In this document: piece after piece, positions 48,441-60,800 of the stretch
Position numbering within the stretch: the stretch's first letter is position 1
How the letters are laid out: each line of letters starts with the position of its first letter
DNA from: Giardia intestinalis
Taxonomy: Eukaryota
NCBI GenBank assembly: GCA_000002435.2
Contig: CM018790.1
Length of the DNA: 64,000 bases
Direction: 5' to 3' (one strand)
Made by a program: the position numbers and the translations under genes
The notes under the pieces: model-generated
Seen by the model: the letters and a program-made list of their open reading frames with translations, nothing else
Database searches by the model: none
What the model was told of the DNA's origin: nothing

Positions 48441-51400
48441 ATGGGTGTTACAGCCTTTGCTACGGCATTTTTTCCTGGTTTAACACTCACACAGCTGGCA
48501 CTATTGGCCTCAATGATTGTTGAGGGCCAGCCTGCTTCCAAATATCTTGAGCTGCTCACCCCTCAACTTGTTAGTTATTCTGTGGTTGTTGCAGTCCCAT
48601 GTATTCTAGGTATATTTCTCTTTGTCTTCTTGCTGTACATCCTTTTCGCCAGGCTATGTGGATGCGGTTCAAAGAGATGTAGAATTTGTCTTAGATGTAA
48701 TTCTTGCTGTTATGTTGTTCAGATAATTTCATGCATCGTAGGCCTTGCGGGATGCGTCGGTTTGATAATCGCGAGCACACAACCTCTTATCGGTTTCACA
48801 AATGCGTCCAAGGAGTTGCAAACGCTTACTGAAAGACTAGATGTCACCACCAAGGGTGCAGTGTCTGCTGGTGACAGCATACTAGACGCGCTCCTGATCT
48901 TCTCAAATGGCACAGAGCTGGGCTCCCCCGTCAGCAAGATGCTCGGCATGGATAGTCAACAATTGCCTGCCTACATAACTGATATCTCAACCCACACACT
49001 AATAGGACCACTCTACAAGGCAGTGGCTGCATCTGACAACAGCTTCGCTTCTAGTATCTCCTCTCTCCTCGATCCAAGTTGCAACGAGGCCTACAAGAGC
49101 ATCGATCTTGTTGAGGACTTTGCGAGCAATGCGAATATTAGATTGCAATTGATAGGATTGGAGGATAAACAAAAGGCAGTGATTGATGACCTGCAGACTA
49201 GAAAAGCTTATTCATACTTTGAAAATACAAGTAGTGCAAACAACGTCGATGACGTAAAGATCACTACATCATCTCTTGCTCACTTAAACCGAAAGTCCAT
49301 CGTTGGTGGGGCCGTCTATGCAATAAATAGCGTCGTCATGGGGGTTAATAATTCTCTGGAGCCTAAGACAAAAGCTGCTCCAGATCTTGCAGCGCAGTGG
49401 AAAGCAATAATAGAAGAGGCAAGCAAACAAGTCTTTTCGTCAGTTGAAGCTTATAATAAGTATAAATCTTCTCAAGATAGCCCTATTCCGCGGACAGATC
49501 TTAAGTTACCCGCATCACGCAGCGCAGCTGACATTATTGGTTTCATAAAAACTCATCTTGACAAGCTAGGCAATGACGAGGATAACAGGAAGCTGATTAG
49601 GGCCATTCTTGAGACTTTTACCGCTGGACAAGCAACAATTGGATCGTTCATTAAGACTCTCTGTGCTTCCGATCTCAAAAGCAAGTTCACTACTCTTTGC
49701 AGTGGGATAACAAGCAGTTCAACAGACACAGATATATCTTCCAGGCTCAACAGCTTGATAATCCCAACCGACAGCTTCACTGGTGCTCTTAAGGACCTCT
49801 TTGATGATCTCAGTGGGCTCCTTCCGTATCTGGACTATGTGCAGGAGCTGCAGTTACACAGGAAGGAACTAGAGCCCCAGTATGTCTTTGACGCCTTCGT
49901 TAACAACAGGACATGCCCGTACTTCATTTCTGGCCTCGCCCCACTACTGCATCCGGGGACAACAATAACCACTTGCACGCCAGAATTCATGGAGAAGCTT
50001 CCCTCTTGGGCAAAGAGCTACACTACCCTGACGCTTGCCTTTCCCTTAGCGACGGCCTTCATGCTTCTCTTTCCTCTAGCGAGCTTCACCCTGGGACTCT
50101 TGGGAGCATTTTGCAAGAAGAAGAGTCTGCTCACATGGGCCTTGATTTGCAACGCCTCTAGCATTCTCTGTGTGGTCATTCTTCTTGCCATCTTTGGCCT
50201 TCTTGCTGCGATCATCGGCAAGGTGCTTGTTGTCCAGGCATCTGCCCTCTTCAACAATCCAGAAACGTACATGGACGCAAACTACCCCCAGATTATGTCC
50301 ATTATTAATGCATCAATTCCAGAAGAGTACAGGAAGGTCTTTGTAAGCAACGTCTCCATAGATCTTTTATGCAACTCAGAGAATCAAGGGAATGTCTTCC
50401 CCACGCTTGCGTACACAACACCTAGCTGTATCCCCATAGATTGGAGCACCTATGCAGCACTCAAGGGCACGGGAAAGGGCGATGTGTGCACATCTTCATT
50501 GGGTGCTGTTGCCGATGCCGCTACTAAACTGTCATTACCCACAGACGATCCTCTTCGTTCTGCTGGCCTATCCTTTCCCTTGAATTTCTCTACACTTTCT
50601 CTAACCAATCTGATCTACTATAATAAGAAGACTCACAATAACAACCTGTTTCAACTCATAGGGCTTCCTGAGTTTTATCCACAGCTGAAGGAGTTGCTTC
50701 CAAACGCAGCCACGGCTCTTCTAACCCTGGGATCCGTTTTTGTTAACGGTGCAGAGGAGGTGATGGTCAGCACTATGGCTCCTGTTATTAAAGGCATTAG
50801 TGACTCTCTCAATAAAGCTGAGCTAAAGAAGATTAACTTATTCCTGCAAGCAAAGGATGGCTACGCCTTATATGCTGCAAACTATTCAAGTGAAGATATG
50901 AGGAGTGCACTCTACGGGTCCTCTGTGTCTTCTGAGCTATTTGACATTTATAAGGCATGCATTACATATGTGGAGAGCTACACAGGAGAACAGAAGCCGA
51001 ACGCACTCTCACTGCAAGAGGCCGTAGCTTCCGTGCGGGGACTCAGTGGGATCAAGGGGGAGTGCATTGCTCTCGCGCAGCTGCTACGTGGTGTAGCATT
51101 TGCAGCGGGCTGCGAGCTCACAACCTTTGATCAGACAATAAAATATACTATGGCCTTCAGTTTGGACGCATTGTGTGCAAAGGATGGTATTGCAGATTTT
51201 ATGAAGAGCTTGCGTACAGCACTAAATGCACTTAAAGCATCCTGCTCTGGTTATACTGGTGTTCTTACCAAAGTACTAAATAAGACCATGGAAGCAGAGG
51301 ATATTAGGCCGGGGTGTCAGAAGGGGAATACAAACGGCAATAGCCTAACAAATGAGAAAATTATCAGAACGTATCCGGCGTTCGCGGAGGCCATGATGGC

Positions 51401-52028
51401 CCTTCTTCCTCGCGGGCTCACTGTATTTGGATGGAACGCATCTATAACAAATGACGATGCATTTACCCTTATTCTTGATACTACACGGGCATACCAGAGG
51501 TTCACCGATGTATTTACTGGGTGGCAAGCATTCAACACAGACACGGTGACCTTTATCAGTGCATACTCTGACCTGATCTCTGCAATTTTGTCCCCAATCA
51601 CCATATTCTCTGACATACTCGAAACCAACATTATTGCGACCAGTCACACAGGCAGACTCACTCCTGGGTTTTCGCCTTGCTTCGACACAACTGTCTTGGC
51701 GTCCCTCCGTGCACTCATCAATGATACTATGCTGGTCCCTGTCAGCAGGGCTGTTGCAGCTTCCCTAGACGCAGCCGTGGGAGACAAGGGACTGATTACG
51801 CCATACACCTGGGAGGCTGTCTTTATTCTGTTCGATAAGCTTCTCTTCGGGGTCGGGATGCTGGAGAGCTTTGGAGCTGTCTTCCTGTGTCTGTACTTCA
51901 TCTGGGCAGGGTTCTTCTTCGCGGTCTTCGGCCAGAACAACTCCTGGATCTTTCTTTCTCACACAAGCGTAGGGCCGGCCGATGATAACAGCGAAAGGGT
52001 GCGACTTATGCCCAGCGCCTCACCCTAG
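48441..52028 (+). CDS. polytopic membrane protein (1195 aa), hypothetical
   Basis: Two N-terminal TMs flank a juxtamembrane Cys cluster (ARLCGCGSKRCRICLRCNSCC). A large hydrophilic domain, a cluster of 3 TMs (aa ~520-600), a second large domain, and a C-terminal TM (FGAVFLCLYFIWAGFFFAVFG). An AT-rich initiator precedes the ATG. Confidence 0.6.
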   Translation: MGVTAFATAFFPGLTLTQLALLASMIVEGQPASKYLELLTPQLVSYSVVVAVPCILGIFLFVFLLYILFARLCGCGSKRCRICLRCNSCCYVVQIISCIVGLAGCVGLIIASTQPLIGFTNASKELQTLTERLDVTTKGAVSAGDSILDALLIFSNGTELGSPVSKMLGMDSQQLPAYITDISTHTLIGPLYKAVAASDNSFASSISSLLDPSCNEAYKSIDLVEDFASNANIRLQLIGLEDKQKAVIDDLQTRKAYSYFENTSSANNVDDVKITTSSLAHLNRKSIVGGAVYAINSVVMGVNNSLEPKTKAAPDLAAQWKAIIEEASKQVFSSVEAYNKYKSSQDSPIPRTDLKLPASRSAADIIGFIKTHLDKLGNDEDNRKLIRAILETFTAGQATIGSFIKTLCASDLKSKFTTLCSGITSSSTDTDISSRLNSLIIPTDSFTGALKDLFDDLSGLLPYLDYVQELQLHRKELEPQYVFDAFVNNRTCPYFISGLAPLLHPGTTITTCTPEFMEKLPSWAKSYTTLTLAFPLATAFMLLFPLASFTLGLLGAFCKKKSLLTWALICNASSILCVVILLAIFGLLAAIIGKVLVVQASALFNNPETYMDANYPQIMSIINASIPEEYRKVFVSNVSIDLLCNSENQGNVFPTLAYTTPSCIPIDWSTYAALKGTGKGDVCTSSLGAVADAATKLSLPTDDPLRSAGLSFPLNFSTLSLTNLIYYNKKTHNNNLFQLIGLPEFYPQLKELLPNAATALLTLGSVFVNGAEEVMVSTMAPVIKGISDSLNKAELKKINLFLQAKDGYALYAANYSSEDMRSALYGSSVSSELFDIYKACITYVESYTGEQKPNALSLQEAVASVRGLSGIKGECIALAQLLRGVAFAAGCELTTFDQTIKYTMAFSLDALCAKDGIADFMKSLRTALNALKASCSGYTGVLTKVLNKTMEAEDIRPGCQKGNTNGNSLTNEKIIRTYPAFAEAMMALLPRGLTVFGWNASITNDDAFTLILDTTRAYQRFTDVFTGWQAFNTDTVTFISAYSDLISAILSPITIFSDILETNIIATSHTGRLTPGFSPCFDTTVLASLRALINDTMLVPVSRAVAASLDAAVGDKGLITPYTWEAVFILFDKLLFGVGMLESFGAVFLCLYFIWAGFFFAVFGQNNSWIFLSHTSVGPADDNSERVRLMPSASP

Positions 52029-52125
52029 CTTCATTACCCCTGATAGTTACCGCAATTCTTTCGCAGTGTAAATATTGTTCATATCAAATTAATCGAATGC
52101 TTTTTAAAAGACATTAACCTGTGTT

Positions 52126-53811
52126 ATGTCATCTCCATTAGATTTGCCCGTCAATCCCTCTTACCGCCCTTATGCAACGGCAGATGACCTCAGGGATGAT
52201 ATTGGCGAAAGTATTCGCGAGGGCGGTTCGTTTGGTGGGGTGTTTCGTCTCAAGAGTACGAGGGACAGGGTGGTCCAGAAGATCGTGGATAATAGCACAA
52301 GCTGTTCTACAGTAGCAAAGGATATGGAGCTGCTTCTTAATGCCGATAGTCATCTTTTAATAAAGTGTCATCAGATTGTGGTGGACAGCAGCGCTTGCTG
52401 CGTCTACGCCATCCTGGATTATTATCCTAAATACCTTCTAGATATTCTCAATAGCAGGAAAGCATATGGCACGGCTGTGGACCTCAGTACCTTTCTTGCT
52501 ATTGCTTACGATATTGCTCAGGGTCTAGCCTATTTCCACACTCGTCACTACACAGATTCTAACCGGGACAAGAATAACATCTCAACGCGCACATATTTCC
52601 ATGGCAATCTAAACTCTTCAACCATTATGTTCAATGAGGATGAAACTCACTGCGTTCTTACCTATCCAAAATTCCACGTAAGGACTTTAAAAGAAAACAA
52701 AGCAGCATCTAGTAATGCAAGATACGCTGCTCCAGAAATCAGGGCTGGCGCAGAGTACAGCTCGGCAGCAGATATGTGGTGTCTTGGAGTCGTCCTCTAT
52801 GAGCTCGTGGGCGGCAACCTTAAGCTCCTTCCAACTAGCACTCTGCCATTTGCAGAATCACAAGATGAGGCGTTTCTGGATGCATTGTCTGTCAATGACA
52901 CCTTCATCAGGAAAGTGTTGGGCTATTTGCTTAAGCTGAATCCCCACGAGCGTATCACAGTTATGCCTTTACTCCATATTCTGGAACTTTATCGTGATAA
53001 TCTGAAGAAGGTTAGTGAGATCAAGGAGCTTGAAGAAGCGGCTAGGCGGTTAGAGCAGGATAGTCTGATATTCATGATGAAAGGAAAGAGGGAGAGCTGC
53101 AGCGGGGGTACCAACGCCCATAGCACACTAGCTCAAACAGATGCTAATGGCAGAGCTAGAACTGAGCATGACCCGGGTACACTCAATAGTCATCACCAAT
53201 CGATTGAAGGTCAATCAGAGGAGGAAGATGGCGTCACTGCTCTGATGAGATTTGCAGACAGTGGTAATCTTTGGTTTACCCGCCTGTATCTACCAATGCA
53301 GGCAGGGAAGGTGACCACTGCTGGGGAAAACATTAAAGGCTGGGGTCTGAAAGGCCGAACGGCTCTTATGGGAGCGGCCCTACACAACAGACTCGAGATA
53401 GTGGAAATACTTGCACCATATGAGGCGGGGATGCAGCAGAGCTGTGATAACGCTACCGCCCTCATGATGGCGGCCTTCATGGGACACGAAGAGGTTGTCA
53501 ACATACTCGTGGACCGAGAGAAGTGCATGGTAGATGATTCGGGGTACACGGCTCTGATGTATGCTGTTTTACAGAAGCATCTATCGATCGTCTCTACTTT
53601 AGTATCGTGTGAAGCGGGAGCTCAGTCCAAGGACGGATCAACTGCATTGATGATGGCCGCATCCATCAACTATATTGATGCAGCTAGTATCCTTGTGTCC
53701 CACGAGGCGGGATTGAAAAACGACAAAGGATGTACCGCGAGAACGATTGCAAGACAAAATGGATTCAATGATTTAGAGAAGTTGCTTGCCGAATATGAGG
53801 GTGTAGACTAA
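52126..53811 (+). CDS. NEK-like pseudokinase with C-terminal ankyrin repeats
   Basis: Kinase fold is recognisable (β3 VVQKI, APE as AAPEIRAG, DMWCLGVVLYELVGG). The catalytic loop is HGNLNSS instead of HRDxKxxN and there is no DFG. Four to five ankyrin repeats (TALMGAALHN…, ATALMMAAFMGHEEVV, YTALMYAVLQKH, STALMMAASINY). Confidence 0.75.
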   Translation: MSSPLDLPVNPSYRPYATADDLRDDIGESIREGGSFGGVFRLKSTRDRVVQKIVDNSTSCSTVAKDMELLLNADSHLLIKCHQIVVDSSACCVYAILDYYPKYLLDILNSRKAYGTAVDLSTFLAIAYDIAQGLAYFHTRHYTDSNRDKNNISTRTYFHGNLNSSTIMFNEDETHCVLTYPKFHVRTLKENKAASSNARYAAPEIRAGAEYSSAADMWCLGVVLYELVGGNLKLLPTSTLPFAESQDEAFLDALSVNDTFIRKVLGYLLKLNPHERITVMPLLHILELYRDNLKKVSEIKELEEAARRLEQDSLIFMMKGKRESCSGGTNAHSTLAQTDANGRARTEHDPGTLNSHHQSIEGQSEEEDGVTALMRFADSGNLWFTRLYLPMQAGKVTTAGENIKGWGLKGRTALMGAALHNRLEIVEILAPYEAGMQQSCDNATALMMAAFMGHEEVVNILVDREKCMVDDSGYTALMYAVLQKHLSIVSTLVSCEAGAQSKDGSTALMMAASINYIDAASILVSHEAGLKNDKGCTARTIARQNGFNDLEKLLAEYEGVD

Positions 53812-54175
53812 TCTTGCCTCTCCAATCCCGCCTCGGAACCTTTCACTCCATGGGTTCTAATCTTGTGTCTCAAATTTAAAAAATACGTCTCACAGAGGGT
53901 CAGAGGGCCTGCGGGTGCCCGAGGAGGTTACACGTTACCCATACAAGGAGCCGACGTGGTTCATCGCTCGGACATCACATTCCACTAGAAAAGCTTGTGC
54001 GTCGCCAACAAGAACCACCTCAATCAAGGGGTCTCCGATCAGAACCCAGGGGTCACCGGTTCAGCTTCGCACCATTGGCGTTCCTTCGGGACAGAGCGCT
54101 AGGAGGAGCATAAATACTCCGAGGCAAGACCATGCAGGTATCACTAGCCACCAACTTCCCGACCTTACTTCAGTG

Positions 54176-54844
54176 GCCATGCTTACTAACAATCAGGCGC
54201 ACCAGCAGCCATTTCGTACTGTCTCACTTAGTTACCAGCGGGGGTCGATTCCATCGGCTTCTCCTATTTCTCATGCGTGGGGGCACAGAGTTGTGCTGAA
54301 CCAGGTGACAGCGAACTCCAATGATCCTTCTACTGGGCATCCATCCGGCAGATCCTCCCGTAGCTGCGCACACAGACAAACTAGTGAGCATGTGGTGCCG
54401 CTCTTAGTGACTGTGAAACCTTTGGTAGTGGATACTGACCAGCGAGTGTCTCATGGATCTGCAAGGTCTGTGTCGCCGCTGGCTTTGCGTGCAACGAGCC
54501 AGAGCACGTACAGGCTTGTTCCGGTTGACAATACCGCGCGTCTTCTTCGCCAGCATCCGCCAGGATCCTCCTTCAGGCCCCTTACCACGTCTCTTACCTC
54601 AATGGCCCCACCTTCAACGTCTTCAACTACGGAGCGCCTTCCGCATGCTGTCGACACAGCCGATGCTAGTGCTAGGTTTGTTGAGAGGGAGCCCGATCCA
54701 GATATTAAATCGGGGCAACCCACTGAGCCTATGGCCGAGGGGCCGGAGGCATCAGAGTCCAGGATGTATGTGCGAGGAAGGTTTATTTACACTCCAGAAG
54801 AGACGGATATCAACGACAATAGCTGCATAAGCTTTGCATACTGA
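54176..54844 (+). CDS. doubtful ORF encoding an S/T/P-rich low-complexity polypeptide
   Basis: The ORF-track start at 53915 is GTG; the first ATG is 261 nt downstream. No domain. Could equally be non-coding 3' flank shared by two convergent genes. Confidence 0.2.
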   Translation, partial: AMLTNNQAHQQPFRTVSLSYQRGSIPSASPISHAWGHRVVLNQVTANSNDPSTGHPSGRSSRSCAHRQTSEHVVPLLVTVKPLVVDTDQRVSHGSARSVSPLALRATSQSTYRLVPVDNTARLLRQHPPGSSFRPLTTSLTSMAPPSTSSTTERLPHAVDTADASARFVEREPDPDIKSGQPTEPMAEGPEASESRMYVRGRFIYTPEETDINDNSCISFAY

Positions 54845-54873
54845 CGACAGATGTGCAGGGAGCGGCTCGACAC

Positions 54874-57800
54874 TCATATACGCAGTTCCTGGATTATGCT
54901 CTTGGCCAGTTCTGTATCCGGTGCTGTCCATAGAAAGTTCTTCTGGGCTAGATATACGTGTAATAGAGACAGCTTGAGACTATCTAGTTCGGCTCTGAAT
55001 AGAGAGCGGTATCGGTCTATGGCTATTTCCAAGGACCGGTTGCTCTGCACTGCGTCAATATTGAGTATATATTTGGGTATGTCGCCGCGGCCGGCAGCGA
55101 CGTGAATGACTCCCCGTTCTGCAAAGGCCATATTGACGAGCTGCCACAGAGAACTGCATACCAGTACATATGAGTTTTTACGGCCCTTGATTTGGGCCCA
55201 CTCAAAGTATTGCGAGGTTGAGCCATTATATGGAAGAAAAGATCCTGGGCTTCTCTTTGAGTCGTCAGTGCTCTTGTTTAACCTGTGCGATTCCTCCTCG
55301 CCTATGATGTCTATGCCCATTATCTGCGTCAGCTTCTGTGTCAGCTCTGTCCTAGAAGCTGTGTTGTGGCTCTTTTGCGCAGAAAACATCGGCATGGAAA
55401 AGCCGGTGGCGTTATACTTGAAGCAGCCGGGTCTCCCTACTATGTCGTCCAACTGTGGCTCTATGGGATGATCCATTATGATGTTCGAGACCCTAGACAG
55501 TAATAGCTTTATCAGGCAATACCACAGTGCCAGCGAATTGACCGTGCATTCATCAGTAAAGTCTATAGGCAGCGGAGGCTGTGACTGCTGCTGGGTACCC
55601 TCCTTTTTGATTGTTTGCTCCGTACACAGGGTGTACTCATCCGCCCTTAGTGTCACAGAATTGATTATGCTGATGTGCCCAGCTTTTGCAAATGCAAAAC
55701 TCACAGTTTGGATGAATGTCGCAGGCACGTAGAGACCGTAGATAGATCGGCCCCTTTGCAGGATGGCAGATATTTCTTCCTGAAAAGGCTCTGTAGAACT
55801 GCAAAAACACACATAATTGATAGCGCTGCGATACTTCCAGTAATTGCTAGCGACCAGCAGGTGGGACGTAGCTGATGGGGGGACTTGCTGAAAGTACCGC
55901 AACTGAGTAAGCTCGTGTGGGCTTGGGTCTTTATAGCAACCGCCACAAGATATTGTTTTCACAGCGCGGTAGCACCAGTTGTAATATTTGAGGTTGTGCA
56001 TTTTATTAGCCAGATCTTCAAGTGAAGAGCCCTTGACGACTGTCATATCGCACCGAGGGCTATAGTAAATGGTTGTATCCTTGAGATGAGGCGGAAGGGG
56101 GTACTTTATAACTTTGGCTCGCCCGTCTGTCACCAGTTTGTCGGCAGACTCGTAGTCTTCGATGGCGTTCTGTAGGTCGGGCGCCAATTTCCCACTCTTG
56201 AATAGGAGAAGGGCCACCAGCTCCTCGTCCTCGCCTGTCACAATTGGCTTTAGCAGCTTTAGCTTGGCAGAAGCCTCTTCTTCTATTATTCTCAGCTTAG
56301 CTGGGAATGAGAAGTTCAGAATTTTGAGTATGGTAGGCAGCTGGGCCTCAATACGGTAACTGTAGCATAGCATCTTGATAAAGGTGGAGAAGGCGAAGGA
56401 GCTTACCTTTGTTCGGCCAGCTCCCCTAATGTAAGAGAGGGTGGACCTAGCTAGTCCTGCATCCACGAGCACTAGGCTCCGAATGGACGGCAGATACCGG
56501 AGCCTGCGCCTACTGATGGATGCTCCTGATGAATTTTTATACAACTGGATCCAATATGCCAATAATGGGGTGAGAAATTGATATTTCAGAAAAGCCATTC
56601 TATTAATAGAGTACAGGAGAGACTCTATGTGAAATCCTTTAGCAGTGAAGAGGTAGAACAGCATCGAATAGTGTCTTTGGACGTGAGAAATCTCAATCAA
56701 GCGATATACCCCGTTGAACACATAAAAGTCCACAACATAGAGCAGGCCCCGGCTCGTCACATCGATGGGACACGGGTGGACTCCTATGTATGCCTTCATG
56801 AAGTATCCAACGCAGGCGCTCGTGAATAGAGTTACTCTCTTTGATAAGATAGTAGAGATGTCGCAAGTCTGCTGGTTACCTGTGTCTAGAGTCTTATACG
56901 TTTCCAAAATAAGCGCTACGATGTTATAATGGTTCTGGCAGAACTGTTGCAGAGCGTTTTGTTCCTCTGTATGAGGCTGTCCAGTGTATGGAGCATGAAT
57001 ATTGAGGAGTTCGATTGGCTGTGAAAGCTCCAGATAGCTGTGTAATTGAGACTCTATGGCCAAGAGTTTGTTAAGCGCAGCTTTGGGTGAAAGCTCAGAC
57101 TTCTGATCTGCTTGTCGGCCAATGCATCCCGTACTTTGCTTACCCTGAGAGACTAGGAAGCTATCATCGCTTATGTCTCCTACCAAACTGAGAGACGTAG
57201 AAATAGTCTCGCGATTGAAGCGAGCGCGTGCCCGCTTTCGGAGTGAGGAAAGGGACACACGTTGCTTATTGTCGGGCGCTGGCAAGGCGTCGAGAGGGTC
57301 GGAATTTATGTCAATTAGCTCTACTTGCTTGTCAGCCGAAGAATTGGACACATTGTCATCGTGGTGAAAGTCTATCTCTAAAATCTTGCCATGAAACGAA
57401 GTTAGTTGAGTGAAGATCTTCATGTTAGCCTGCAAAAGTGTGCACACTCGAGGCATTCCATTGTCCCTCTGCTCCTGCTTTGACCACTGATGCAATACAG
57501 AACTGTCAGCGGAGATAGTACAAGAGCTTACATTTAAGCTGTGATCTAGTTTGCTCAGCGAAATAACCATGATTGTGTAGTACTCCTCCTCCTGGGCCTG
57601 AGTAAATTCAGAGAATGACAAACTACCAAACTGAGGCACCACAATAGGAGACCGTAAGTGCGCATGTGATGGATCTATCAGCCCTTCACTCCCTTCGTGT
57701 GCAAGGAAATATGTGTAGGTTGCGAAAAAGCGAGTCAACTGAGTAAACTTGGTTAATTTTTGTCGCAGGTTCTTGGAAACAAGCGTTGGAAGATCGTCTC

Positions 57801-60800
57801 TGAGCGTGTCTAGAGAGGCAAGTATGTCCTCAACGGCCTTTGTCAGTGCATGCAGACTGGTGGTTGTGTTGAACAGTGAGGCCAGTGCCCGGGTTGATAC
57901 TTTGCCAAGTTTTGCTGGTTTGAGCCTGGTGTTAAGATGATCGAAATATTCTAAAACGAGCAGTCGTAGTAGATTAGAAAGACGCTTTTCAATAGAGTCG
58001 GTTGAAGGAGAAACCATAAGATCAGAAAGATGAGAAGAAAGCTCTTTCCACGGATGATCGGTGCTATTCTGGAGAATGTCATAAAGATTATGCTCATGAA
58101 ACCTCCTGTACTCGTCCATGAAGTGCTCAGTAAGCGTAGGCTCCACTCTAGTGATGATGCCGTGAATGAACTGAAAAGGGTCGCGAAGGGTAGGCACAGT
58201 CCTGGACGCCCAAAGATGACGCAGCTTTGCGAAAGTTTCAGGCTTGTCCACTGAGCACCCCAATGCCACCATGCAGCGTCCAACAAGTTCCGCCACAGAA
58301 GGGTAGACATTCAAGAGCGAACATGCTTCCGAAAGCTCACACAGATGCACGGTTGCTAGCCAAAAGCTAACGATATCACAGCTTATCTTTTCTGTCAAGT
58401 TTCCCGCAATATCATCCCACGTAGAGACACAACCGATCATCGTGAGCACAGTCTCCAGAAGAGAGAGGGTCAGCGTCAGTCCAAAGTTGACAACCTCACG
58501 AACCACAAAGAAAATCAGAAGTGAAAACGAAGGCACGATCAGGCACATCTGCTCCAGAGACGCCCCCCTGCTCCTTGCGCAAAGGGTGATAAGGAAGATG
58601 TATAGCACTAATTTCTTGCGCTCTGGGAGATCGTTAAGTAAGTCATATACGCTGAGCAGCTCTGCAAGCGCAAAGGAGGACGTGGCTTCACATGTAACAG
58701 GAAGTTCCTCTGCTATTGCCATCTTATATGCAGAGTGCTCTGCACCTAGTGCATCATAATGTACAGAAAGATATTGCAAGACATCAATCCAGGTCATCGT
58801 CACCATCTGATAAAAGCCTGCAGAGCGATCTAGTTCTCTGTCCACCAGAGTCGAGCCAAGCTTGTGACTTAGCTCCTGTATACCACTCGATGTGGACACA
58901 CCCTTGAGAATACCTCCGTCAGAAATGAGTAAGAAGAATATAGAAAAGCTTACATGGTATCGATATACAGAGACAGAATCAGATTGGTTGTCTAGACTCT
59001 TATAAATTAGCATAACCAACTCTAGATGATCAGTACTTATCTTAATATGTCCCCTAATGCCATTCAGATATGATAATACAATAGGTTGATGATGCTCAGC
59101 GGGCAGTGCGTAGACCACCACCAAGATCACAAGAAGTAGTTCGGTGAATAGAGTGGCTGAGTTCAGAGAGCTCGTGTCTGTGAGACGTTGTTTAGACTCA
59201 AGGCTGGAAGTTAGAGATAGCACATCTTGTATAGATAACGCTTTCAGCAACACTTCTAAACATGTATGACACATGTGACATAGCGGCTCTGTGTTAAGGT
59301 CTCTCTGATATGCCTCTGGAAATATCTTCTGGCAAGTACCTATCAGAGTGTCTGGATAAGGCATTCTGGTACAATCAGAAGGTACCTCTTCAGAGCCCAG
59401 CGTGCCAATAATAGCTACATATAACATGTACCTACTGAACTTTGCAATTTCAAAGTACATAGCTGCACCACCCATCAATTTATCAGAGAAAGTAGTGAGC
59501 AGGAGCCCTGTGATCTTCAATACCACGACAGTCGTGGCGTACACATTGCACTGTTCATTCCGCACTGGGATGTAATGAGTATCATCGCTCAGCAAGAATG
59601 AGACAAATGTAATTAATGTAGAAAGCTCTTTGCCGGCGCCAACGTGATGATCAATAAACAGAGATAGAATGCAGAGACTCAAAGAAGGAATACATCTACA
59701 GAATTCTGCTGTTTTTGGGAAAAGGCCGATTGAAGTGGATTGCACAGATGACGAAACACAGCCAACACAGCTCCCCAGACCGCTGATATGGTTTAGCAGC
59801 TCATTGTACTTGTTTGACAATAAAATAGATTGCATAATGGAGATAATTTGTGCCAGAATATCAGCCAGAACGACATCAGCAGCATCAACATTAATATCAG
59901 CAGCAGTAGCTGTTAGCTGCAGTAAAAGAGTTTGCAAAGTAGTGTGCAGACAGGTTACTTCATGCTCACTGAGATAGTCTATGCAAACAGCCTTCAAGAT
60001 ATGCAGCACAAGGCGCAGTGCTTCTAAAGCTGATAATGTGCCGGCATATCTGTCTCTGCATGCATTTAAAATAGCATATGCGTGTGTAGGCTGCATAGTA
60101 GGCTCTGACGGCCTGAAGATGGCACTATATTCTTCAGAAAATAGGAAGTCCCAGGAAGAGAGGAGTGATAAAAAGATGTTGGCAGAACAAGTGTCTGCTG
60201 AAGGGAAAGGGGGGTCAAGCAGAGTGTTATTGATACGTAAAGTAAAGCTGCTCTTCTCTATCTCAGCTGAACCATGTTGATACGTGTGCATGCGATACAA
60301 GAAGATGTGCAGCTGAAGCGTCAAGACACAGCTCACCGTATCTAGCTCAGTAGTGTCCCGGCCCAGCAAACACAAATTGCATAGCTTGATGACATCCTGC
60401 TGACTTTCCTCTAGATCATCAAGAAATGGAAGCGTATCAAAATTATGAGAACTCAATTGCTGAAAGATGTTACTAGTTAAGGCAGAGAGCATGGAACGAT
60501 CGCTGTGAATAGGGCAAGATAGTTGCAAGGCTAGAGCATTTAAAATTATAGATATAGCGTGAAAAATGCATAGCCAGTAAACGAATGTACAAAGACGATC
60601 ATTGACAAAGCAAACACGAAATTCGCGAGATCCGGTAAGGCATAGACTGGAAAAGCGTGAAACCAGTAACTCTACACGGACAGAAAGACTGTCTGTGTCC
60701 ACCAAATTAACTGCCTGCTCTCTCAATGAGACCAGACCGCGGTGGAGAGAAAGTAGAGATGAGTAGATGTAAATACTAACCAAGTCCGAATCAGCCTTGT

